Shown here: positions 50,715-62,885 of the stretch, piece by piece
Numbering within the stretch: position 1 is the stretch's first letter
Layout of the letters: every line of letters begins with the position of its first letter
Source: Octopus bimaculoides
Taxonomy: Eukaryota
Direction: 5' to 3'
DNA: 64,000 nucleotides
NCBI RefSeq assembly: GCF_001194135.2
Contig: NC_068981.1
Location: 119,919,300 to 119,983,299, forward strand
Position numbers and translations under genes: made by a program
The notes under the pieces: model-generated
Database searches by the model: none
Seen by the model: only the letters and a program-made list of their open reading frames with translations
What the model was told of the DNA's origin: nothing

Positions 50715-51145
50715 ACTTGGTGAACATGCAGTGCAGGTGCCACTTAAAAAGCATCCAGTCTACACTGTAAAGTGGTTGGCATTTGGAAGGGCATCGAACT
50801 GTAAAATCCATACCAAAACTCACCTCAAAAGCACTCAGCCCACTCTGTGGGGTGGTTGGTGTTAGGAAGGACATCCAGCCATAAAAACCATGCCAAAACA
50901 GACACAGAGGTATGGTGCAGGCTTCTGCCTGGCCAGCTCCTGTCAAATCCTGTCCAATCCATGCCAGCATGGAAAGAGGATGTTAAACAATGATGATGAT
51001 GAGAAGGAGGAGGAAATATTACTCTGTTTGCTAACAGGTAAATGTTGGTGCCAGGAAGAGCATCTGGCCATAGAAAATCTGCCTCAACAAATTCCATTTG
51101 ACTTATGCAAGCATGGAAAAGTGGATGTCAAAACAATGATGGTGA
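50715..51145 (+). mobile_element. Family C composite
   Basis: Three GGAAGG(G/A)CATC cores and (GAT)n tails. Confidence 0.8.
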
Positions 51146-51153
51146 TACATATA

Positions 51154-51370
51154 CAAGAGGGTACTGGAAAATTCCTGGCTTTGGGTAAAAAAAAATACAT
51201 GAGGATCAGTTACTTATGATTGTATTCAACATGTTCCCCTCTCAGATTCACATGGATATTGCAGCGGTCCTTCAGTTCTTCTGAGCCCTGTAAAAGAACT
51301 CGGATGGTTGGGCCTCTAGCCAGGCCGTTCACAATACCCTTAAAGCCAGGACCTTTTCAGCACCACCTCG
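51154..51370. mobile_element. Tc1/mariner-type MITE
   Basis: TA|CAAGAGGGTACTGGAAAATTCCTGGCTT ... AAGCCAGGACCTTTTCAGCACCACCTCG|TA: imperfect TIRs with TA duplication. Confidence 0.78.
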
Positions 51371-51611
51371 TATAGACAGACAGATAGATATATACATACA
51401 CTATTTTTGTTTAACATTTACTTTTCAATGCTTGCATGGGTCCTACATGAACATCAGCAGAAAATGCTCTTCTTTGTTTCTCTTTATTTCTTCCTTTCTT
51501 GCACTTGTTTCTTCATAACTGAATAATCTGTTCTTTCTTTTCTATTTAATTCTTGTTTTCCTTTTTCTCCCAACAATTTCATTTGAAATCAATATGTTAC
51601 TATTTTATATA

Positions 51612-51646
<35 letters not shown>

Positions 51647-51774
51647 ACAAGCAGAATAAGTGCTTAAAGAGTTGCTAGAAGTACCCTCCCTTTAAGCATA
51701 TCTCTTACAACTAAAAAAAAAAAGCCTCCCTCAGAATGCTAACAGAAGTAAACCATGCTCTTCTTGTCGGCCGG

Positions 51775-52228
51775 TTTTATGATGATGTCTGTGCGGAGGA
51801 TCGTGATGTCATAGGAGAGAAATGTGTCCACATGGATGATGGCTTACTTGCATTTAATGAGGCTGCAAGGAGAGAAACTTGGAGACACAACTATGAAAGG
51901 TTGCTAAATGTAGAGAATGAATGGGAGAGAGTCTGCCAAATGTCGGCCCAACAGAGGGATCAGCTATCTGAATTGACAGTACCTTGGTAGATAAAGCAAT
52001 TAAGAGTGTGAAGACAGGGAAAGCCCCCTCACCCCCACCCATCAGGAATCACCGCAGAGATGCTTAAAATATCTGGCGGTGTTGGCTATAGTCTAGTCAC
52101 CTATATAGTCAATCAGGTGATACATGAAGGAGTCATACCCAATGACTGGTGTAGCAGCACCGTAGTCAACTGCTACAAGGGTAAAGGTGATGCATTAGAT
52201 ACAAATAATTACAGAGTTATCAAGTTTT
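51775..52228 (+). mobile_element. RTE-clade LINE fragment, same family as 14606-15520, opposite orientation
   Basis: Near-collinear inverted match (ggaatcaccgcagagatgcttaaaatatctgg...gatgcattagatacaaataattacagag). Confidence 0.9.
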
Positions 52229-52589
52229 AAGGTGTCAGTATATGCTGCTGACTTTCACTGTTGCTGTACTGTGACAATTGTAAACTAGTGTCTTTTTTCA
52301 TTCTTTCTGTGGATGGAAAAATACTGATATACAGATATCCTCCATGTTACAGAAACTCTAGTTACAGAATTCTGCACCTATGGAAATTAAAATTTGAAAT
52401 ATGACCCCTAATTTGGGGATATGGCTGGCAATTCTACCCTTACAGAAACTCAAGCAAATTTTAACAATTTAAAAAACCCAAATCATAATTTTTTTGGTGG
52501 GGAAAATATTTGGTATGATACTTTAATGTACACAACCACTTCTCTCATTTTCCTGTCTCAATTCTCGGTACATTTCTTTTGTGTATAGT

Positions 52590-53300
52590 CTTTCTTTTCT
52601 TTTACTTGTTTCAGTCATCTGACTGCAACCATGCTGAAGCACCACTTTGAAGGGTTTCTGTCAAACAAATTGAACCCAGGACTTATTTTTTTAAAGCCTA
52701 GTACTTATTCTCTTGGCCTCTATTGCCGAACTGCTAAATTATTGGAATGTAAACACACCAACACCGATTGTTAAGTGGTGAAGAAAGGCAAACACAATCA
52801 CACACATAGATACATACAACAGACTTCTTTGAGTTTCCATCTACCAAATACACTCACAAGCCACTTGCCCAAGGTTCCACAGAGTGGAACTGAACCTGGA
52901 ACAATGTGGTTGGGAAGCAAGCTCCTTACCACACAGCCATGCCTGTGCCTATTCAATTCTTTAAATTTAATTTATTTACTCGCTCTTAACTCTTTTACTT
53001 ATTTTAGTCATTTGACTACAGCCATGCTGGAGCACCACCTTTAGTCAAGCAAATCGACCCAGGACTTATTCTTTGTAAGTCTAGTACTTATTCTATCGGT
53101 TTCCTTTGCCGAACTGCTAAGTTACAGGGATACGGGGACGTAAACACACCACCATAAGTTGTCAAGCGATGCTAGGGAGACAAACACAGACACACAAACA
53201 TATATACAACGGGCTTCTTTCAGTTTCCGTCTACCAAATCCACTCAGAAGGTTTTGGTCGGGCCGAGGCTATAGTAGAAGACACTTGGCCAAGGTGCCAC
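52590..53300 (-). mobile_element. Two tandem family B copies with extended tails
   Basis: Two inverted copies sharing ctagtacttattct...tgccgaactgcta. Confidence 0.85.
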
Positions 53301-53659
53301 ACAATTTTTTATTTTTCCCAACACATACCCACTTCCTTTCCCTTCTCCTCTCCTCACACCTTGTTTTTCATTACTCTCTAATTTTTTTCAAAAACACTCA
53401 CCCACATCCTCTTCCCTGTTCATCTTATTTGTACAGGCAATAATTCAACTGACCTTGTTTTTAATCGCTCTTAACATTCTTGCCAACATCTACCCACTCC
53501 CTTCAATGTCACACACCTCATTTCTACATACATCAGTTCAACTGAATTTTCTTTGCATTGCTCTCAACATGCTTTCTCACAACTACTTGTACTCTCCTTC
53601 ACTAATACCATTTTTCTGCATGCCTTAATTTCCAACTGACCTGGGTCTTGTTACTGACT

Positions 53660-53879
53660 TTAACCCTTTAGCATTCAGATTGCTCTGTCAAATGCAATGC
53701 TTATTTATTCATATTGTTTTGAATTGATCCTGCATTATTGCATAGCTTCAAGATGATGTGACTGTTTATCTTTAGAACGACATTATAGGGTGGGTATGAG
53801 TGGCCAGATCTGGCTGGCTTGAACATAAAATAGGAAGAATATTTTGGCCTGATATGGCTGGTTTAACTGCTGGAGTTAA
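53660..53879. mobile_element. piggyBac-like MITE, inverted relative to the copy at 40375
   Basis: TTAA|CCCTTTAGCATT ... GGAG|TTAA. Confidence 0.78.
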
Positions 53880-54889
53880 TCATACTTGTCCTTCCTTCCA
53901 TACTTTAACATCATTACCATCATTACTTCACCTCGAAAGAGGTTTCCAGTCTTGTATCTGGAGTATACAAGACCACTACTTATTGCCAACAGAACCACAC
54001 AATATTCCTCAAATTCTACAGTTGCACTATTTGGTGTTGATTTTTTTGTCTATAGCATTTTATTGCACTCACAGGCTGGTATACTTGTATGTACAAAATA
54101 TAGTAAATTTTTCAATTATAAAATTTATACAATATTCGTATGCCTATTTGCGACATAGGTCATGTTTCCTCTATGACTTAAAATGGTCAGACTCAAATAA
54201 AAATCATCCGGTAATTGCCATTTGAATGGAAATTTTGTTTTCACTATAAAATACATATTGTTAGGTTTGTACCACCCCCTCGAGACCCAACTACACTCGA
54301 GCAGAAAAATATAGAATACATCATAAGTAATATAGATGTCCTAAATTCAGTGGCAGCATTAATGAAGATGTTACACATTAACTTAATGTGTTAAACCTAT
54401 CTTTATTAATGTATATCAAATTATACATAAATATATACAAGGTTTACACAGAACTAAGAGTTAGAACTTGCGATCCACTTGTGGACCTTTTTCTTTGGAA
54501 GTTTTTGCCAGCTGCACTAAAAAGATTCCCCACTCCTGGATTTAACTACAAACACAGTGTTGTGCATTAACTTTTACTCAAGAAGAATGAGAGGAGTCCA
54601 TGAAACAGAAGTGAAGACAGTGGTACAAAGAGGGGTTATAAAAGGATTATGTTGCATCACCTCCCATCACACAGCAGTTGATGTCTTTTTTGTGGTGAAT
54701 ATGCACAACACTTGCCTTGGACCCTCCTGATGGAGTTGTAGGGGGTTCAGTCATGATACATGGTATATTTGGGGTATTTTTAGACTTGCGTGCAGTCCAT
54801 CCTTCTCCAGGTCTGATTATAGCCCATCTCTTCCAGAAAGAGGAACAGATGAGAAAAGAAGAAAAAAGAAAAACAAACAGAAAGAGAAA

Positions 54890-55040
54890 TCAACCCTAGT
54901 ACAGGACTCATACTTTATTTATCAACCCTGAAAAGATAAAAGGCAAAGTCGACCTTAGCACTATTTGAATTCTGAGTGCCGGAATGAATAACACAAAGCA
55001 ATCTGTTTGACATTCTAACAATTCAACTTATTCACCACCT
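54890..55040 (-). mobile_element. SINE family A partial copy
   Basis: aaggcaaagtcgacc body. Confidence 0.7.
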
Positions 55041-55477
55041 TAAATACTGTACTTATGTTGTAACCCTATTTGTATTTATTCAGTAATATCTTTCTTCAAA
55101 TGTTCTTATGCTGTACTGTTGTGTGCTGAAAATTTGTTCTTTTCACACATAAAAGTGATTGCATTACAATCTTTTTCTCTTTCTTTTTGTCTTCTGAAGA
55201 AATTTCATTGGAACGCATCACAATTTTGAACATGGAAATCATTCAGAAAATAGAATTTGCAATACAGAATACCAAGAATGTGATGCCTCCATAACCCAAG
55301 AAATGCCTTTGTACAAGCCAACACACACAAACGTATTAACATTTTGCTCAGACACAGTGATACTAATAACCTGCTATTAGAACTAAATATACATATGCTT
55401 TGAAAGGAAATGTTTGTTGAGAACAGAGCATAAATGAGTAAGTAACTACAAGTTATGTAATAAACTACATTAGCTTA

Positions 55478-55900
55478 CAGATGCTTGCTTACCAACCACA
55501 TGATTCTGGGTTCAGTCCCACTACGTGTCGCCTTGGGCAAGTGTCTTCTACTACAGCCTTGGGCCAACCAAAGCCTTGTGAGTGGATTTGGTAGACAGAA
55601 ACCGAAAGAAGCCCATCATATATATATATGTTTGTGTGTCTGTGTTTGTCCCCCCACAATTGCTTGACAACCGATGTTGGTGCATTTATGTCCCCGTAAC
55701 TTACCGGCTCAGCAAAAGAGACCAATAGAATAAGTACTGGGCTTACAAGGAATAAGTCCTGGGGTTGATTTGTTCGACAAAAGGAGGTGCTCCAGCATGG
55801 CTACAGTCAAATGATTGAAACAAATAAAATATATATATATATAAATTCTTTTACTTGTTTCACTAATTTGACCATGGTCATGCTGGAGCACCACTTTGAA
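55478..55900 (+). mobile_element. SINE family B copy with extended tail
   Basis: gggttcagtcccactacg...aaagccttgtgagtggatttggtagac. Confidence 0.88.
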
Positions 55901-56171
55901 GGATTTCTGATTGAAGGGGGTCCTTATAAATATATATATAATATATGTGTGGGTAAAATTGACAAAAATAGTGAACTTGATGTGAAGAGTGGAAAATGTT
56001 TCAAACTGAATCCTTCTTCAGGAAAATGCTGATTTTTGTCAAATATAATTAACAATTCATGTCTTGCCAATGCAGACCAACCCCAGTCTCTTTGGAGTTT
56101 TACACATACACACAAGAACATACACTAAATATTCATCATACACAAGACCCAATATCAAGTTAGTAAATTGT

Positions 56172-56290
56172 CAGAGCTTGCGATAAAATATTTCGTGACA
56201 TTTGTTCCAGCTTTCTACTTTTTGAGTTCAAATCTTATCTGGATCAATTTTGCCTTTTCATCTTTTCAGAGTCAATGAAATAAAATGCCA
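56172..56290 (+). mobile_element. SINE family A degenerate copy
   Basis: gagttcaaatc...tttgccttttcatc. Confidence 0.6.
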
Positions 56291-56847
56291 ATCCAAGGAA
56301 TACAGAAATGTTAATGTTGGAAGAGATGCATTATATTTCTTCTAGCTCTTTGCATTGTGGTTTCTTGGGACTTTTGTGTTCATGGTTGGAATAAAGCTTG
56401 TGTGCTCTGACAGGAACTGCCAACAGTGGCCAAGAGTAAGAAACATAACATTCTCCACAGTCAAACATCAATGGAACAGCCAAATTTCTCTAACAGGTTC
56501 ACGACAGTAGATTCACTTCATTTTTTGGCTAAACACCACCACTTTTAGCAGAGTTCACTCTGGAGCAACCAGTTAGACCAGGTATCCACTTTGCAAATAA
56601 CTTACTCCTTTTCTCCCACAAGTCTCAGAGGCATTGACAAAAAAAAATAATAATAAAGGTGCATGGGTGCTGCTTTCCCTCCTTGATTAAACAGTAAAAA
56701 ACACAGCCCTCCCCCACCCTTGTTGGGAGGTATGCTAGGAAAACTAAAAAGAAACGCTAATAAACAACTTATATGGTTCATAACATTTAAATGAAACACA
56801 AGATTTTTTCACTAGTGAATGTAACTTATTTTCACTCACCATAATAA

Positions 56848-57248
56848 TCCTTTCTATTATAGGCACAAGGCCAACAATTTTGTGGAAGGGTCTACATCAA
56901 TTACATTGACCCCAGTACTCAACTGGTACTTATTTTATTGAACCCAAAAGGATGAAAAGCAAAGTCAACCTTGGCAGAATTTGAACTCAGAAAGTAAAGA
57001 TGGATGAAATGCTGCTAATATAATAGTAAATAGAAGAATCCTTTCTACTATAGGCACAAAGTCTGAAATTTGTGAAGAGGAGGCTAGTTAATTACATCAG
57101 CTCCAGTGCTCAACTGGTACTAATTTTATCAACCCCAAAAGGATAAAAGGCAACAGTGATTTTCGTCAAATTTGAACTCGGAACATAATACCAAAAACAA
57201 TGTCACTAAGCACTTTGTCTGGCATGCTAATGATTCTGCCAGTTCACT
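56848..57248 (-). mobile_element. Two tandem family A copies
   Basis: Both begin tcctttcta(c/t)tataggcacaa and carry the family body. Confidence 0.85.
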
Positions 57249-57625
57249 TTATCACTAACTTATCCCCAACTGAGGATATTCCCTTCATTTTTACATCTCT
57301 CTGATTTCTCCCACTCTGATGTCAGAAAACTCAGTTCATGGAATCATACTAGGCTATTCTTGAAACAGCTGTTTCTATTCTCTATCTAAATCAAATGTCT
57401 TTTTCAAGTGATGCCAAACATTTTGCTATTTCATTATTATACTACCTGCTCAAAGAAAAACAACTTCTAGCCATCATACTTTCAATTACAGTTCAAACCA
57501 GAGTTTTAGTGGTGAACCAAACTGAGCACTCATAGTACATACCTATTACTCTACATAAGTTGACAAAAACTCCTTATATATTCTATATACACACACACAC
57601 ACACATTGTTATATACACTTATATA

Positions 57626-57782
57626 TCAGGGGCATATATTCCAGGTGTGTTAGGTGTGTGCTGCATACCGATCGAAGATGGTAAATTCATTATAAATGGA
57701 AAACTTTTGTTATACCCTGCTTGAAATTTGGTAGCATTGGATGTGACAGCACACCCAATACAACAACCACCATATGCCACTG
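57626..57782. mobile_element. Possible small MITE
   Basis: CAGGGGCATAT ... ATATGCCACTG termini; no clean TSD. Confidence 0.4.
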
Positions 57783-57899
57783 ATTATACATATATACACA
57801 CACATATATACATACACACACACATACATACATACATACATACATACACACACACACGCAAATATTTATACATATATATACACATATACTGAAACAAAA

Positions 57900-58970
57900 G
57901 AGAACGTTTGGTTACCATGATAGAAACAAGAAAACTTTACATTGGGAACAGCTTATACAGGAAGCAACCTAGAAGGGAATGAACATGGATAACCCTAAAA
58001 GCTCAACACAAAAATGAAATTGACTATATCTTGGTCGATTAAAGGCGCATACTGCAAGATGTCTCAGTAGTAGCGCCATTCAACACAGAAATCATGATAA
58101 TGAAATCAGAGAGAAAAAGGCTCTGCACATCTCAATGAAGAATCAACGCGTCAATGTCTTTAATATGATGAAGTTATAGGAAGCTATCAAGAAGGAGATT
58201 TGGGAGCTCGATGAGGACTACAATTTGCTGGTCCAGAAATTAAAAAACTGAATATGGAAAGCAAAACCTGCAAGCTAGTGAGAGCCTGACGGAAGAAACT
58301 CAGAGAAGACGAAGAAAATGCAAGAGATAGAAAACTATGAAGAGAAACACGAAAGATCACCTCGAGTATTTCATTCTCTGCAAAGCGATCAGACAATATC
58401 TAAAAAATGCCTTCGAGATTCACAGACTGAAGAAACTGTTGCAAGTTGCAGAAGAAAGGAAAAGTTTTAAAATATGCAGGAGAGGGTTGGCACTCTATAG
58501 GTCGGAGGTAACGATGCTTAAGAACAAGGATGGAGGAGGTGTGTAAAACCTGCGGTGAAAGTAAAGATTACGTACATCCGGAGATTAGGGTTAGGGTTTT
58601 TGTTACGCCGAAAACGGGTGGTGTACATATTCTTTACCTCCGCCAAACCTGCCACACGGTCCTTTTTAAATCATCAGTGAAGCTCGGTCCCCCACTACCA
58701 CAAATGGGTATTTCACCTATTCTGATCAGTGAAACTGAAAATGCCTTCAAACTGATGGAAACAAAGTTCCTGGGAAAGATGGCTTTACACTAAAGATGTT
58801 AAGATGCAAAGGTGAAGAGCTGCGGAAAAGCCTTGTTCTATGCCTCAATCGCCATCTAAAAAAGGGTAAAATAGCCTCAGAGTGGAAAGCGTCAAATACC
58901 ATCCTGCTTCATAACAAGGGTGACAAAGAAGATTCGAAAAGCTATCGCCGCTTGTCTCACTCTTATAAGG
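57900..58970 (+). mobile_element. Degenerate RTE-clade LINE of a different family (endonuclease end to RT start), interrupted by a 91-bp MITE
   Basis: NEIDYILVD, MEEVCK..HTVLFKSSV, IASEWKASNTILLHNKGDKEDSKSYR. Confidence 0.8.
58554..58644. mobile_element. 91-bp MITE with 8-bp TSD (hAT-like) and a (TTAGGG)2 core
   Basis: AAACCTGC at 58546-58553 and 58645-58652; imperfect TIRs of about 23 bp; removing the insert restores the RTE reading VCKTCHTVLFKSSV. Confidence 0.8.
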
Positions 58971-60724
58971 TGTCTACTTATAGACCGCTGTGTCCACCTG
59001 TTAACAGCAGTCTGACTGGTATTTCAAATTTAGCGGTTTAAGTTTAAGCAACTCACACAGCCGTTAAGTTCAGCCCTCGAAATGACACGCTAGAAACTGT
59101 CGAAAACGTAACAACACAGTAATTGCTACCCTACATACCCACCACCCGTCCCAGTGTATTTACCATTACTAGTTCAGTGTCCGGTTTGTATCAGCACCGA
59201 TAGATGCATGATCACGCTGACCTATGAGGTGAAAAAAAAAATAAAGATGTCAACAAAATATATATTCTGTAAAGTTCGTAAAATGGATTAACATCTTCTT
59301 CACAGAGAGACATGAGAACCTTTTTAAACGATGATAAATTTACAACCCATCAGCTAACTACACATGATGTGTTCTACTTTATCAAGTAGAATCGACAGAT
59401 TAAAGCACCCAGAGAACAACAGAAATTAAATCGGATCTGTTGTGTACAATATTCACTTCAGGTGTGTAGAGCAGAGACATTTCTTAATTTGTCCGTTTTC
59501 CTCTCTTACAATTTAATATTTTCAATGCTGACTCAGAATCCTTTAGGTTTCTCTATACACACACACACACACACGTTATGACTCACGTTACCAACACCGC
59601 ACACCCACGTCTTGGTTTCGCTTCCCTCCTACGATCACAACATTAACGCTGACTGAGTCACCCTGTCAACTTGTAGTTAGAACTACCTTCGGTGTCCACA
59701 GTTAACTACACATACATCAGCTATACCATTTGGCATACATTATATAGATAGACAGAGAGAGAAAATAATATCTGTTATAAGTTATACATTAATACACATT
59801 ATATACGATATATACATCTATTATATATGTAGGTATGCCACATGTGTGTGCGATCGAGTATGTAAGGCCGCAGTCCTATAACTGAAACCATTAAAAGAAT
59901 AAATATATATATATATAAAGTCTATACATGAAATTTTCCAAGTTATACACGTGAACACAAACAAGACATACACACTACACAGTAAGCTGTACTCCACTGC
60001 CATTAAAATATATCAGTCACAGACTACTTTTTATATCAACACACATCACCAGCCAACGAAGGAGAACTCAATACGCAGTCACTCGACCTGTTAGAAATGA
60101 CAGCCAAACTGCCTTCAAATCATATCCCGCCATTAAAAAAGAAAGAAATGGTATGGTTGACCATTAGCTATGTTCGATCAGGTTTGATCCGAAAATTGAA
60201 AAAAAAATTCAAATTTCAGAAAGTGTTATCTGATGGATTTCTTTTTTTATTTAAAAAAAAGGGAGACAAAACACTGGCTAATAATAATAATAATCCCCAT
60301 TAAAAGAAATCAATTTAGCTTTACAGGTATTAAATGCTCCCAAAATACTGATTATATTTGATCCCACATGAAACTGCGTTCTTGAGATAAACAGTTTGTT
60401 GAAGGTCTCCAGAGATGTAGACTTGAGATGTTTGTGTTTGGCGTGTTTACTCGGGAATTCCAGCGCTTCTACCTTCGTCAACACGTTACTGAAATATATG
60501 CTACAATACATATATATTGATAGTATTTACATAAACACTCAGCTGTTAATTTATAAGATTACGCTTGTTGGTAATTGAGCAAGAGCCTTTTTTTTTTTTC
60601 TTTTACACTATACAACGTGTCCTTCCTACTTTGAAACAGCAGAGCCCGAGTGGAAGATCTGGATTCCATTTCTAGCAGGTCGCATGACCCGCATAGAGGT
60701 TTCCCAATTGGTAAGATAGGCACA

Positions 60725-60860
60725 GAGATGACCGAGATGGTTGAGAAGCTCGCTTCGCAGTGGGTCTCACATTCGATCTCATTGCGTGACATAGTCAGCA
60801 TGTGTCTCTTACCGTGGTCTAAAGTTCACCTAAGCCTTGTGAATGAAAACTGGGTACACC
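60725..60860 (+). mobile_element. Old, diverged family B-related SINE
   Basis: ggttgagaagctcgcttc...ctaagccttgtgaatg aligns by eye to family B. Confidence 0.5.
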
Positions 60861-61844
60861 AACCGCAGAAGTCAAATGGACTGTACCACTAACTCAAAGG
60901 GCCAGCTTCGTCAGGCTAATTCTATCTGAGAATTAAGGATACTAGTGTTTAAGCAATCCTAGGTCACTTATACGAATTCAGTAATTCACCTGATCGAACA
61001 ACGGCAATGTATAATCATTGAAACAGAGATCCAGACAGATAATAGGTAGATAGAGAGATGAAAGAAGGTATAAGAATAGGTAAAAGAGAGAGCCTCCATA
61101 GCAGAATCTCCAAGTAATCTCAAATAACCTAAGATCCATCAGTTCAGAACTAATCTAGGTGTGTGAAAAATTAATTTAGAAAAGCCATGATGAAAGTATT
61201 GAGGCTACTAAACAAGCAGAGAGGGACATCACACGCATAAGGGTTTTTAGGTTTGATGGAAGAAAAGTTTAGTGGTAATTTACAATTCCTTTTCGCCTGT
61301 TTTTGTTGTTACATTATATATATATATACACACTATCAACAACATAATGATATTCTGAGGAATAGAAAGAATTACGACAGCAACTGGTTGGAGATTAACA
61401 GATGTGATGACTGGAAATGTATTAGTTTAACATACCATCAGTAAGGGAAAGAAAAAAAAACACCGATAAAATATATACACCATGTATGCACACTGCATAC
61501 ACATATAAATACATACATATATTAGACATAGTATTGGATACAATCAGTTTGTGAGGGGGGAAAAAAAAGACACTGAAGTAAAATATGCGCAAAAAAAGAA
61601 AAGGAAACTATTCTGAAATGTTAAGTTGGTAAGGATATTTTCATAGATGCTGGGTTATTTTGTTCAGCCAGGAGCTGATATTTGATTGCATTGACTCCAC
61701 ATTAGCAACCAATACAAACAAATGTAAGGAAGCAGAGACGTAAGAATTAAAATAAATAATATAATATAAAAATAAAATAAAGAAATCGCCAACAAGAAGA
61801 CAACCTGTGCCGTGAGATGTAATGCTAACAGTGATATAGTAATA

Positions 61845-62015
61845 ATAATAATGGCTTCTAATAATTCATAACAAAACTAACACCGACGACAATAATAACG
61901 ATAATGTACGGTAATAACAAGAACAACAATAATAATTATAACAGCAGCAGCACTATAAGAATAAAGAATAATAATGATGATAGTGGTGGTGATGATAACA
62001 GCAATACTATCAACA
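61845..62015. repeat. Degenerate trinucleotide (AAT/AAC/GAT) tract in CREB intron 1
   Basis: Read directly. Confidence 0.85.
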
Positions 62016-62474
62016 AAAACGGTCGAAGACGTCGACAGTTTCTGTCGACTTCGTCAGAGGCAAATAGCTGGCCTGTCATCAGTTTCCATTAAAAGCCCGA
62101 CAGCCAACTGGTCTCCATGTCGAACACCCTTCCGCTGCTTCAACATTGCTAAGCCAACACAAGACGAGCAAAGGAAACAGGTTTTTCGAAGATTTCATAT
62201 TTTATACAATTTCTTTTAAATATACAGATAATAATCTAATGTTTTGGTTTTCTTTTTGGTGGGTTTTGGTAGTCGTATGAAAATCCTGACTTTTAGATTT
62301 AGGTTAAAAAATTTAAGATTTTTTTTTTTAGGTTATACGATGGATGTATATATTATGGAAGAAGGAAATCGACCGCGTGTAATCTCATAATATTATTCTG
62401 ACGGTCTGTTTATTCTGTGTGATCGTGGTGGTGGCGGTGCATTGGGTTTTAGTTCAATCTGAGTACTTACTTAC

Positions 62475-62699
62475 CAGTTAACGTACTTTTCGTCACCAAC
62501 TTTGCCGCAATCGGAGTGGATAAATTAGCAGAATACGTAGTGGCCACGTCAACTACAGCGTCACAGCACAACGCCGCCATACAACTCACTCCTCCTCCCC
62601 CTCTTTTCTTCCTCTTACTCTCTCACTCCCCCTCTATCTATCTTTTTGCTTTCACTCCTCTCTCCAGCTATGATGCTTCGCTCTTTTTCTCTCGTATCG
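62475..62699 (-). other. Non-coding 5' exon of CREB (either the first exon, or the second after a 142-nt intron)
   Basis: Donor ACTG|gtaagtaagt at 62475/62474; strong acceptor tctcttccttctccacag at 62701-62700; upstream donor TGA|gtaaga at 62842/62841; CpG-rich context. Confidence 0.58.
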
Positions 62700-62877
62700 C
62701 TGTGGAGAAGGAAGAGATATAAAAAAAAACACAGCAACGCGTATGTACACCAAATTTGTGCTGTGGTTGTTGAAGTGTTTCACCTCCTCTAATAGTTATT
62801 ACTACGCGGAGAGCTGTAAAACACTCCTACGTATTTCTTACTCATGACGACACTGCTACATCAAACTCAATAAACGA

Positions 62878-62885
62878 TGACGTCA
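62878..62885. promoter_or_regulatory. Full palindromic cAMP response element (TGACGTCA) in the predicted CREB promoter
   Basis: The sequence gaTGACGTCAgt is read directly; half-sites CGTCA/TGACG also occur at 62491, 62547, 62559 and 62845. Confidence 0.72.

Larger units (their letters stand above)
4677..62885 (-). other. CREB1: CREB1/CREM/ATF1-family gene, 5' portion (promoter through Q2 exon); the gene continues beyond the left edge, where the bZIP exon(s) should lie
   Basis: Four GT-AG exons join in phase (0, 2, 1) to give MSEVPTSQ...VQVQSVIQ...KRREILARRPSYRKILNELSS...GLQTLTMTNA...IVQYAQGPDGQFLIP, the Q1-KID-Q2 layout of CREB. Assignment to CREB1 versus the unduplicated invertebrate CREB is by similarity only. 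Confidence 0.93.
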
